In this document: positions 47,337 to 58,417 of the stretch, piece by piece
Layout: each line of letters begins with the position of its first letter
Position numbering within the stretch: position 1 is the stretch's first letter
Assembly: GCF_000150275.1 (NCBI RefSeq)
Contig: NW_002060946.1
Span: 5,556,597-5,620,596 of the forward strand
Direction: 5' to 3'
Length of the DNA: 64,000 bases
Source of the DNA: Trichoplax adhaerens
Taxonomy: Eukaryota > Animalia > Placozoa
Program-made: the position numbers and the translations under genes
The notes under the pieces: model-generated
The model's database searches: none
The model's input: only the letters and a program-made list of their open reading frames with translations
What the model was told of the DNA's origin: nothing

Positions 47337-48433
47337 GAACGTAGATTGATAATCATTTTATGAAGCACACGAACTATTATCCACCATTTTATATCGGCAA
47401 ACAGTTCCAAGTGCGGCCGAGTTCTGACTGCCTACACACGGAATAATACCTTATAGTTGTTTACAGTAAACCAGTCTAGATTAATCGACAGTAGACTAGG
47501 ATAGATTGCTATTTATTACAAATAGTGATGATACAAATATTTCGACAATATCAATAAGGTGCAATATGCCTGTTGTGTACTCCAACTTTCAACCGTATTA
47601 GAAGATTTGATCGACCGGAACTGTTCGATAAACCGTGAATATTATTCAACAACAGAAGACTCTTTGCCTCCATCGTCGAGCATAACATCATAACGTGTGT
47701 AATCAATCAAGGATCACAAAGCAAATTATTTATTCACGAGAATTGGAATTCACTTTCAATTTAGTCAATAATAAATAACAATACAGTATACTGTCTAATA
47801 AATCACGAGCATGTAAAACTCGTATGCGTTAACCGTATCCAATTATTCATTCTAATAAGTCTACTGTACATGAATTCATTTGAGCGCAGATTAGAAGTAC
47901 TCGTATCTAATCAAACTATTAATATCCATATTACATTGGAAAGACCAGCTACATACGAATAGACTGCTCTTCAATACGACATCCTGTATAGCGCGCTATT
48001 GGATAATTATTTTACATACCGAGAAGTTATAATTAATGAATCGATCTTTAATAAGAAAACTAGTACCATAAAGCAATTGCAATTAGTACTAACTCATCCG
48101 TACTATTATAAATAAATAAAGTGAAATATTGAATCATCCGCTATGTCAATTATTGCACCATCGATGGTAAGATGACTGCGAAATAGAAGACAGATTAATT
48201 CACGCATAAGATTACTGTTAAGACACCCACGTAAGAGACTACTGTAAACAACCTTAAGTCTATAAAACTGATCAAACAATAATACATAGATTGATGCATA
48301 AAATGGTAAAAAGCTATCGTAGAGTATTATCCACACCAGATGATTCTACTTTCGATCAATTTTACATGAACCCTTCAGTTTCTACTTATTCCCTATACCG
48401 CAATATAGGATAAGCCACCTCTGAACGAAATTA

Positions 48434-49124
48434 TTAAGTATAGCTGGGCGGTAACGCCATTACACCGGTTGCTGCTTTTCGTACACTTTGTTGCTTAAAT
48501 ATGGCGTCCTTGAAAGCTTCAATATCTTGTAAACCAATAATTTCAATGCCGTAGTTGCTGCTATTTTGCCCTCCAACGGTAGAAGAGATGCGAATACGGT
48601 CGCATTCAAAAGTGGGCGATATGGTTACATCACTTATTTGATCCAATGGAATAGCTTTGATCACTTTTTCGCTGGGCCAACAGCAGCCTAAATGGGATGA
48701 TGTGGACATTTTAAAATTGTTTTCAATCATTATCAATTTATGGTCTGTTTGTATTGCACTTGTACGAGTATTCTTCAAATCATAACTTACCAATTTGATT
48801 TTGTGGTTGTGGTGGTGCACCGGCTCCGCAACAAGTACAACACTGCATGTACGGATCTGCACGAACTTCTACAGCATCTTCGTATATAAGGACTTTGACT
48901 GCTTGCGCTTGTAAGTGTGCTTCATGTCGTCCCCAACAAATTGCTCGACATGGCTGTAGAAATAAGCAGCCAAATCCGGGTAAACACGAGCAACAACAAG
49001 CTTGCTTCATCATAAAGCTAGCAAGAGCATTTTCATCCAACTTTCCTTCATAAACTACTCGTCGTTCGCTAGTAGCCTTTTCATACGGCTGCGGCTGGGA
49101 AAATACTGTCGCTGATTGTGCCAT
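48434..49124 (-). CDS. Cys-rich protein with bacterial-type PH (bPH_2/YdbS-like) C-terminal domain, 195 aa, paralog A; exons 48791-49124, 48434-48687
   Basis: Phase-1 GT-AG intron. KAIPLDQISDVTI..RIRISS..IEIIGLQD.EAFKDAI resembles bPH_2. Ends in LPPSYT. Confidence 0.8.
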
Positions 49125-49497
49125 TTTAAAAAGATTTTGTGATTGCTTTACCACTAGTGATTTTCTTACCAATAAAAGCAGCTTTATATAAGGTTTGGTA
49201 TACCTTGTAGCGATGCACTATTGTAGTATTTTTCACCAAGCACCATACAATGCCAAACACTAGAAACTTGCTGTGCAAAAAAAACGGATAGTGAATTAAA
49301 CCATAGACCACAATTAAAAGAATACAGGTGTGTTTCTAGTGGTCCATGACTGAATTGATGCTAATTTATGAATAATTAATTAATTATGAATTGCCTACAA
49401 TTATGGATGCTAAAAACATCTATTAAAAGCACAATAACAATCGATGGCAGTAAAACTCTCGTCATGGCTAAAAATATGAATACGTGTACAATATTGT

Positions 49498-50166
49498 TAT
49501 ATGTCCATAGTCCAGTAGTTGTTATTTATGGCAATCTTGGATTATGATGACGTAATGGTTATAGTTTACGTTGTTATTATAGATATACTCAAAAGAAAGA
49601 GGCTAATGGTGGGAAATCACTTTAGAAGAGTAATCTCCAACACTGTCAAGAGTTACTAAATTCTCTTCGTATTCATAAATCCGTAGAAAAATACAATATT
49701 TCTATTTCTCCTACACTTTATATGTCCATAGTTCAGTAGTTGTTATTTATGGCAATCTTGGATTATGATGACGTAATGGTTATAGTTTACGCTGGTATTA
49801 TAGATATACTCAAAAGAAAGAGGCTAATGGTGGGAAATCACTTTAGAAGAGTAATCTCCAATACTGTCAAGAGTTACTAAATTCTCTTCGTATTCACAAA
49901 TCCGTAGAAAAATACAATATTTCTATTTCTCCTACACTTTATATGTCCATAGTCCGGTAGTTCTTATTTATGGCAATCTTGGATTATGATGACGTAATAG
50001 TTATAGCCTACATTGATATTATAGAGATATACTCAAAAGAAAGAGGCTAATGGTGGGAAATCACTTTAGAAGAGTAATCTCCAATACTGTCAAGAGTTAC
50101 TAAATTCTCTTCGTATTCACAAATCCGTAGAAAAAATACAGTATTTCAATTTCTCCTACACTTTAT
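49498..50166. repeat. Tandem repeat, 3 copies of about 221 bp
   Basis: atgtccatagt recurs at 49501, 49722 and 49943. Confidence 0.97.
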
Positions 50167-51744
50167 AGCACATAGGAGTGTATCTGGAGAATGCTCAAAG
50201 AATCATTTAATACTATGGCCAACGATGGACTAATACTCGGTATAGTGGGGCGGCCATTAAAATTAGATTGCAATTTTCTGCAGTATTTTCACTAAACCTT
50301 GGCAAATCATATCAACTGGACATTCTCATTTTGGGGATATGAACCCATTATACTGTACAGCCAATGATGAATTGTGAATAGTGTTGTAGTGAACGGAAGT
50401 TGGATGGCTCACTTGATTAAATTTATACAATATAATTATTATATATATTTTATTATTAAGTAATGTCCCATAGGATGCAGCATTATAATTTATTGTAATG
50501 TCATCTGCGCGCACGGTACCTAATATATACAGTAATTATAGAATTTTTAAATCAAATTTAAACAAGGATTAATTTTCTTTGACGTTCTGATTCAGTATAC
50601 AGTACGAATATGATCGAGACCATGCGGCTGTATCATACCTCGACTATGAACATGATGATCTATTTGAATAATATTCTGTAACACAGATTCACGGAATTAC
50701 GATTAAAATAATATACAATTCTAGAGTCTTCACTAATAATACGTTGTCAAATAGAAGAAATCGGTTCTGCTCCTACTATAGGAACGTCGTTGTAATAAAT
50801 GAAAAAAATGAGATCAAGATATGATGTCATATAGCTGTTTTAATCTTTCTATCAACTCTCTTATTAATAACGTAACTGTTCAGAGGCGGGATTTAAAGAA
50901 ATATAGGAATAAATCCGCAAATTAAAGCTGAATAATTAGATAAACTTCTTGAGTAATAGTTTGTTAAAGAGTCTCAAAACGTATAGAATATGAATTGCTT
51001 TTCCATTTGTTTGGCATTAATTAATAATTGGTTATTAATGAAACTACGGCATGCAGACAATGCATACTCGAGATCGTCCGAAACGATGATACTGTTAAAA
51101 GTAAAATATTGTACCTGTTATTTGACGTCAATCTAAAAATACTGCTAGGTTTTCATTATATTAGGCATAATGTACAGTTCCGATTGCACATTATGAACAA
51201 AAATAATATTCTGTTGTACTATATGTAATTACTGCTTAGGCGTATCATGAACAATTGGGCTAGAGTCCGCTAAATTACAGGATATGGAAGACGACAATTG
51301 ACGAGAAGAATGTGCCATAGTATTAATAGAGTGACTTCGTAAGGGTTAGTTTTAGATGTGCATGTATTCGAACCTCATATGTATGTAGAACCTTCTAAAA
51401 TACTCATTCTATGTAGATTATAACAACTACTAATAAGTTCTAAAATATTCCATGATAGATTCTATATATGAGTGTTGCTGTCATATTTTATTAGTTCGCC
51501 TTTATAAGTCTTAATAAAGTTCTATACTTTGCTAATACACTGTCTCTACATTTGCTCGAGAATTTATTACAGAATGATTCCAATTCCTGTATATTAAGTC
51601 TAAGTATCATGCTGATTCATACGCGTACACCCCTTTTGAAAGTGATACTTTGCTATGATACTGTACCACTGTAAGAGGTGTTTTTTATCGGCTAAAATTC
51701 TACTTGAAACGAAGTATTGCACATCATTTAGGCACAGCAAAACA

Positions 51745-52674
51745 TTAACTGTCAGTTGGTGGTAACATCCGTCCATTGGCTGTTTCCTTGCGCAGACGTT
51801 GTTGTTTTAGGATTGCATTTTTAAAATCTTTTGTATCTTGCAAGCCGATAATATCAATGCCATAATCGAGATCCTTCGGTCTTGCACTAACAGTAGAAGT
51901 AATACATATGCGATCACACTGAAAGGTAGACGATATTGTTACATCAGTTATTTGATCCAATGGAATAATTCGTATCATTTTCGGGCTGGGCCAACAAAAA
52001 CCTACATAGGAAAATCAAAAATTTGAATTCAGTACTGTATACCATCATTAATATTATTTTAAAAACTCAGGTGTCAATTAATCGATGGTATAGGCGCCAA
52101 CACGCGTACATATCGTTAATGAATAAAAAAGGCTAACATAAACTACTTCAATACTGTACAATTATATTATAATGAATCATTTGTATTGGGTGATCCAAAA
52201 ACTTATACGTTGTCGTTATATCTGTACACGTAATTCCTAGTATTAACACTTATTGGTATCATCATGATTTAATGGCAGTACTGCGAACTTGATCGGACAT
52301 TAAATTATTGTAGCGATGAAATCATGTATGATACTACAGTATTTACCAATATGATTTTGTGGTTGTGGAGGCGCACCGGCACCATAACAAGTGCAGCACT
52401 GCATATATGATTCTGCACGAACTTCTACATCGTCATCGTATAGCGTTACTTTGATCGCTGCAGCTTGCAAATGCGCTTCATGTCGTGCACAACATAGTGC
52501 GCGACATGGTTGCAATAGTAAACAGCCAAAGACCGGGAAAAAGGAATAACAGCATGCATGCTTCATCATGAAACTGCTAAGAGCAGCTTCATCAATTTTT
52601 GCCTGATAGATTATTTGTTTTTGATTGTTCACCTTTGGAAGCGGCTGAGAAAATATAGGTAGTGGTGAGACCAT
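51745..52674 (-). CDS. Cys-rich bPH-like protein, 194 aa, paralog B; exons 52347-52674, 51745-52001
   Basis: Same intron position as paralog A (HIG|FCWP versus QIG|CCWP). Shares SFMMK.ACC, RHEAHLQA, GAGAPPQPQN and IPLDQI.DVTI. Confidence 0.8.
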
Positions 52675-52959
52675 TTGGAATCGTTTCGACGGATTGCTAA
52701 AGTTTGAATGCTTTAACTTTGAAAATAATTCACACCATTCACATCTGGCCCTTCTGGATTTGGGCTAGAAAATGAATTGTGCTGTCAATTATTGTACTGT
52801 ATAATTAATTACACATACAGCACATTATATACTGTATGTTAATGTATAACATATCGTCATATATTGAGTTATAATTAATTAATGAATGAATTATGGTTTG
52901 GATAGTTAATGATAGTCGTCGGGCGGTAATAACAGTCTTGGACTACTAGAAGAAGACCT

Positions 52960-53270
52960 GGACTGATCACTCCCTCGGACAGGCAGACTTTTCTTACGTC
53001 AATATTAAAAAATGGCGACTTAGTATGGGTCTTCCGTGTCTGTTTTCTAAATTACTGGTACTAATTTTAAAAATCGTCTATGATCTTATAGCACCGTTTT
53101 TAAGTGGAACTTTGCAACAAATAATAAACTTCAATGCCATATTACTTCATTGAGAAAATATCGGGCAATCCAAAATCGACCGACCTCATACTAAAGTACT
53201 GCCTTAACGGAGTGTTAGGCACTTATTTGTTTTAGCGGAAAATGTCTGTCTGTCCAACAGTGATCAGTCC
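52960..53270. mobile_element. Degenerate MITE-like element with about 33-bp imperfect terminal inverted repeats
   Basis: Left end ggactgatcactccctcggacaggcagacttttc (52960-52993) versus the reverse complement of the right end ggactgatcactgttggacagacagacattttc (53238-53270). A weaker inner pair is ttagtatg/catactaa. Confidence 0.6.
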
Positions 53271-54088
53271 GTGCTAGTCCATGCTACTGGGTAGCAAGAA
53301 AGCACCAAGACGCTACAAGTTCTTGCTACAGTGTACAGTACTGTAGCAAGAACAGGTCCAGTAAGGATAACCCTACAGTACAGCTAGGGTTCTGTACTGT
53401 ACACTGTGGAGATCCACTCCTATAGTATTTAGCATCTCTTGCACCTTGCTCGTTGCCCAGACCTTCTTTCTATCTCAGTGGAATGATGTCGTGGCCCTCA
53501 AAAATTCTTCTTTCCTCACTAACCGCCATGGGAAAGTTGCAGTTATGGACAAATGTCACTTGAAAGGTTAGGACTTACTGCTGATTGACATTATTATAGG
53601 CTGACTTTGACTTTGACTTGTTTGCGGAGGTATGAATTTTAGTAGCATAGTTGATGTAGAGAATTTTATCTACACGACAGCAGTCCTATTCTTCATGCTG
53701 AGCACGTTTACAGAAAATGCAGATCTGTTCAAGAAAAGAGATCGCATAGTCATCTCTAGCATCTTGAATGGTAGATAGTTTACTTTATGGTAAAAAGATA
53801 GACAAGTACTATTATGAGTATCGGATCCAATGATTGAAACAAAATGAATCACATTTTTGCTAAAATTCTGTTGCAATGGAGGATATTTTTTGGACCTGAA
53901 CTGGTTTCTTCAGCTCTGTACACCTGACACATGGGCCGAGTGGTTCATGCATTGATTGATTTCTCCTACTTTAATATACTGTACAAATTATTACAGTATT
54001 ATAAAAAATTGAAAGCTACTTTTAATATAGTTAGCGACTAGTCCGTTAGAGATTTGTTGAATCAAAGTTGATCCGATTTTTTCATATA

Positions 54089-54179
54089 CTGCAATGATGA
54101 CTGGAATAATCCCAGCTCGCTTTGAGTTTCGCAAAGAAACATTGAAGAGACAGTTGTTCCGAACGTCAAATCTGAGCAG
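54089..54179 (+). ncRNA. Box C/D snoRNA, U29/snR71-type (predicted 28S Am in GUGAGCUGGG)
   Basis: Terminal stem ctgc/gcag; C ATGATGA at 54094; guide cccagctcgct before D' TTGA at 54122; C' TGAAGA at 54143; D CTGA at 54172. Confidence 0.75.
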
Positions 54180-54592
54180 AATTAAAGATCGGAAATGAAA
54201 TATCGACTTACTCCATAGACATTTGAGAAACTTGTGGTTTATTCGAAGCAGTGGATTAGGAATGATACTAACTGTAACATGCTTTATTCTTAGGAATGGT
54301 GTTCTGCTGTAAATGCGGATGGATCAAATGATAACGTGCTACTCGTGTGCAGGTGAAGGATCTTATGCTTTGTCTTGCATAGGATCCTGACTGGGTTCCT
54401 ACAACAATTTTTTTGCTATCTAGAAGAAAGTGCAGACGTATCTGCTGTTGGTGGTGTGGAGTCTTCACAAAACCTGCTACTGCAATAAAATGCCTGCAGC
54501 TGTAATGCTAGCTAGTAAGTCCAGCTTTACCTTGAGCGACTGCAGACCTAGTTTTGCAAGTAGTGTATGATACATTTCGACTGTAGTTACTA

Positions 54593-54658
54593 GTTAATGA
54601 TGATCAAAACCACCTACACAGACCTGTTCTGAGTCTTGATGACAACTGTATCTGATAT
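54593..54658 (+). ncRNA. SNORD25: Box C/D snoRNA U25/snR56-type (18S Gm in AACAGGUCUGUG)
   Basis: C ATGATGA at 54597; 12-nt guide cacagacctgtt 54617-54628, perfectly antisense to conserved 18S; D' CTGA at 54629; C' TGATGA at 54637; D CTGA at 54652. Confidence 0.88.
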
Positions 54659-54849
54659 CTTTGTTAATTGCATATTCTATAAGCCCTTGGACATGGAATG
54701 ATTGTATAGCACTGAGCTTATAATTGTTACGTTTCTCCACTACAGATATTAGGGCTGACCGACCACATGCTCTGCTGTAACTTTCCGAACGCCGTTTTGG
54801 ACAGGTACAGTGTATGAGTTATTTTGCAAAATTATTTTTAAGCTAGGTC

Positions 54850-54925
54850 TAGAGGTGATGAAATAATTACGACAAGCATATGTCAGAATTTAATGTTGAT
54901 ATTGAAATTTTATTTCCTGATTGGC
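54850..54925 (+). ncRNA. SNORD27: Box C/D snoRNA U27/snR74-type (18S Am27/28)
   Basis: C GTGATGA at 54855; guide gacaagcatatg 54871-54882, antisense to 18S CAUAUGCUUGUC; D' CAGA at 54884; C'-like ATGTTGA; D CTGA at 54917. Confidence 0.85.
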
Positions 54926-55638
54926 CCTTAATTAGTTTAAAAAGAGTTTTGCGGCTTGGAAAAGTGTCAAATTTGCACCTAATGGCAATATTTTTACTCA
55001 TCTTCTACACTGTAGGTCAAGCTTTTGTGAATGGATGACGTAGATGTTTTTGGCTCTGCAGTGACTATGAAGTACGGCACCTACTTAACTGTAGCGTAAC
55101 TGATTTCTTTTGTGGAAGATATAATGATTATATTCACAAAAAGTATAGTAGAAATGTACTTAGAATTCGTAATTTTTATGAATTGATTATGATTAAAATG
55201 ATGAAACAAAAAGTCTCGTTCGTATGAATACATGATTTCAATCTAATGTTTCTGAATATTTTTATTATACTATGGTAGTTATACATACAGTTATTAATGC
55301 TATATTTAAATGGAAAACTTGAATCTTTAATAATTGAAATGGAAGAAGTGTATCTATAGGAATCTAACGCGAAGGCTTTTCCATTATTTACAATTCTACA
55401 ATTAATAGGACAGTTGTCACGATGGTACAGCAAACAGCGCTTGAAATTGGGCAAAGACAAAAGTTTTTGTTGATTATTATTAGATGTTAGAATTGATATG
55501 AGAACAACAAAGTTTGTCCTAAGATCATCAATATATAGTATATATATACATAATGGTGCTATTCTAATGTCCTGTACAGAAGAAATATGTATAACACAAT
55601 ATCCCAGACTATTGATAAACAATAAAGCCAGCGACGTT

Positions 55639-56643
55639 CTATACGTGCATATTAAAATCTAAATTTTGTATATATTTCTCTGGATTATACTGCATGGCCA
55701 ACAAGTCATTATCAATCGTGTCCAAACTCTCTGTTGATAAATTTAACAATCCACTTTCTTTCTTAAACCATTCTCCTACGGATCCTGACGTAAAAATATG
55801 ACCACTTGGTAAGAATGCGCAAGTATGAACTTCATCGACATGTCCCTGTAGAATGGAAGTACATTTTCCAGTGCTGACATCCCATACCCTAACGCTTTCA
55901 TCATCGGCTGCTGATGCCAGAAATGTAGCATCAGGAGAAAATGCGCAAGCTTGAATCCATCCATCATGACCCACTAATACGTGAAGAGGGTATCCTTTAT
56001 CTACATCCCATAGTATCACGGTTTTATCCCACGATCCTGACGCTAATTGATTCTTACTGGAGTAAATTACAGTATGTACATTACCGGAATGACCAGTTAA
56101 CACTTGGATACATCGAATACCACAGTATAACTTCCAAATTCTAATTGTATGATCCCATGATCCTGTAGCGAGCTGATCTCCATCAGGGGAGAATGCACAC
56201 GATTGAACACAGCTAGAATGTCCCGTTAACTTAGTATAAAGTTGACTTTTATTCTCATTTATTTTCCATAAAATGGCACAATTATCCCAGGAGCCAGAAC
56301 ATAGTAAGGTGCTGTCCGGTGAAAAACAGCAAACCTCTACGCTTCGATGATGACCTTTTAAAGTTATAATGTCTTGACAAGTTGTTGCTTTCCATAGGAT
56401 AATTGTTCGATCGGTAGATGATGTTGCAAAATAATTATTGTCAAGTGAGAAACAACAACAACGAACAGGACCTGTATGCTTTTCTAAAGTTTTAATTAAG
56501 GATCCTGATTGACAATCCCAAACACAAACGGTGGCATCGTCTGCTCCTGTTAATAATAGTGTTACATCGGATGAAAAAGCACAAGTATTGATTTCATCAC
56601 TATGGGCTTTTAACAGTTTGACGCTAGCATCTTGAGCATTCAT
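55639..56643 (-). CDS. Intronless 7-bladed WD40 protein, WDR38-like
   Basis: Seven GH..WD repeats; LKGHHRSVE and HTGPVRCC.FS resemble WDR38. First ATG at 56643. Confidence 0.85.
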   Translation of the reverse strand: MNAQDASVKLLKAHSDEINTCAFSSDVTLLLTGADDATVCVWDCQSGSLIKTLEKHTGPVRCCCFSLDNNYFATSSTDRTIILWKATTCQDIITLKGHHRSVEVCCFSPDSTLLCSGSWDNCAILWKINENKSQLYTKLTGHSSCVQSCAFSPDGDQLATGSWDHTIRIWKLYCGIRCIQVLTGHSGNVHTVIYSSKNQLASGSWDKTVILWDVDKGYPLHVLVGHDGWIQACAFSPDATFLASAADDESVRVWDVSTGKCTSILQGHVDEVHTCAFLPSGHIFTSGSVGEWFKKESGLLNLSTESLDTIDNDLLAMQYNPEKYIQNLDFNMHV

Positions 56644-57397
56644 TTTTTGGATCTTTGCGGATCGATCGTGCAATAACGATTGATTTTATGAAGTGAATGA
56701 ATAAGATAGTAGATGTAAAGTTACTAGGCATTTGATTCCAATCTAATTTAGTAATGTCTTTGTGTTGCTTTTCACCGTTAATTCCATAATCCACATCGAC
56801 GGTAAGTTAAAGCAGAGCCTTTCTGGCCATGGCTCTCCTTCTTACAAACATAGCATGAATATTGTCATTACTGCATCATTCGGTTTCACTTCGTACTCGG
56901 TAGGCTTTCCCGATAGTGTGTCTAGGATTCCTAGGAGTTGATCCTGGTTATCTGAAGATCTCTATCATTCAATGTTGGTAAACTAAAGACAAGCTTCTCC
57001 AGGCGTTCTGCCTAAGTAGCGATGAGTAGAGGACTAACCGAGAGTACAAGTAGAGGTTGGGCCAAGCCCGTCGGCTTGGCAACGGTGAAAAGTGTCACCA
57101 ATGATGTGCTCCTATCCTCTTTTGCCATCCATACGATAGTACTATCGTGTAGAAGCGTTTTAAGTAGCATGACTGTGCCGAGTATGGCATCATGCTGAAG
57201 TCAAAACGATCGGAGATCAAGCAACTTGACATACTGTACATATATACTCTACCTCTTACTCTATAGTATATTATACAGTTGATGCAGTTAGGCACTAAGC
57301 CACTTATGCTACCAGGCTTGTGGATTTTCCTCCCCCTTCTTCAAGGCGATCCTACTGCAGTATATAATCGGCATATATTCAATCATCGTCCTTCGAT

Positions 57398-58417
57398 ATG
57401 GAGCCGATGGATAATTCCTCTGATCGAAATCGAGTGATACAAGATGAACTACAAGAAATAAAGAATAAATTAAACTCGTTAATCAAGGAATCAACCATTC
57501 TAACTTGTAACACTGAATTGGTACAAGTTCGAATCCGATTGACAAAGCATAAGCAAATAGTAGCCTCTATTCAATTTCCAGCCAATTATCCTCATGATGT
57601 GCTGCTTGTTGAATTCAAAAGTAAAACCATATCTGAAAAAATATTAGATACTCTATTAAATTTATGTAATAGTGAATTCAAGAAACACAAAGGTCAAAAG
57701 CAAATTCTTTATCTACTCCATTTTGTACACCAATTTATAGTCAATAATCCGTTATGTATTTGTGCTGATGAAGTACGCCATTTAAAGAATAATATTGTCG
57801 ATGCTCAGCGTGGCGATTGGATTAAAATTAAGCAAAAATCATCCACTATTCTGCTTCGATTTCAACAACAACGTTACTATATTGAAACGAAATTAGCTAT
57901 ACCTCATCACTATCCAGTAGCTTGTGCAACAGCAGAGATTACAAGTACTAATTTTCCTGAATTACTAAAAAAGACGTTATCTGGTTTCTGTGAAGAAATT
58001 GCTCGAAAATGTGTTGAAAAACCACTCAAACCTAATCCAAAAGATCCACCTTTTATCCCTCAGCCATCATTGCAGCCAGTCACCGATTATATCGTCAATT
58101 TTTGCCGCAAGCATGCGATTGCAAAGTGTCCAATATGTAAAAAGCTGGCGTTACCAGAAAATCCGAGTCAGATTGTCACTGATATAGAGCATGATTCCTA
58201 TGTGGAAAGGGTTTACTGTGATCATTTATTCCATTATGGTTGTCTAGATAAACACATGAAAAAGCCTCCTTTTACTGGAGGAAAAAAATGCCCAGCATGC
58301 TCCAAACGAATCTATCATGATCGTTGGAAAATATCGGCTAGAACTGCTGAAGATCGTTGGGCTCATGAACAAGCTAGAAAGCGAGAATTAGATGAAGTAA
58401 TTGATTTCCTAAGTTGA
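57398..58417 (+). CDS. Intronless RWD-like x2 + RING-H2 protein (putative E3 ligase), 339 aa
   Basis: Two YP motifs (FPANYP, IPHHYP) typical of RWD; CPIC..CDHLFHYGC..CPAC is a RING-H2. Confidence 0.8.
   Translation: MEPMDNSSDRNRVIQDELQEIKNKLNSLIKESTILTCNTELVQVRIRLTKHKQIVASIQFPANYPHDVLLVEFKSKTISEKILDTLLNLCNSEFKKHKGQKQILYLLHFVHQFIVNNPLCICADEVRHLKNNIVDAQRGDWIKIKQKSSTILLRFQQQRYYIETKLAIPHHYPVACATAEITSTNFPELLKKTLSGFCEEIARKCVEKPLKPNPKDPPFIPQPSLQPVTDYIVNFCRKHAIAKCPICKKLALPENPSQIVTDIEHDSYVERVYCDHLFHYGCLDKHMKKPPFTGGKKCPACSKRIYHDRWKISARTAEDRWAHEQARKRELDEVIDFLS

Larger units (their letters stand above)
53460..55170 (+). ncRNA. Putative non-coding snoRNA host gene (SNHG1/UHG-like); ends approximate
   Basis: Promoter-type TACAGT cluster at 53320-53410 and TOP-like ccttctttctatctc at about 53462. 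Acceptors at 54293 (TACTAAC branch site at 54266), 54745 and 55015; donor at 54805. There is no credible ORF and one C/D snoRNA per intron. Confidence 0.6.

Noticed and set aside
47228-47410. 60-aa ORF in the track
   Set aside because: Wrong frame; the homologous frame is the bPH-family relic at 47184-47336.
55176-55622. 148-aa minus-strand ORF
   Set aside because: Ile/Asn-rich translation of the AT-rich 3'UTR of the WD40 gene, with a non-ATG start.
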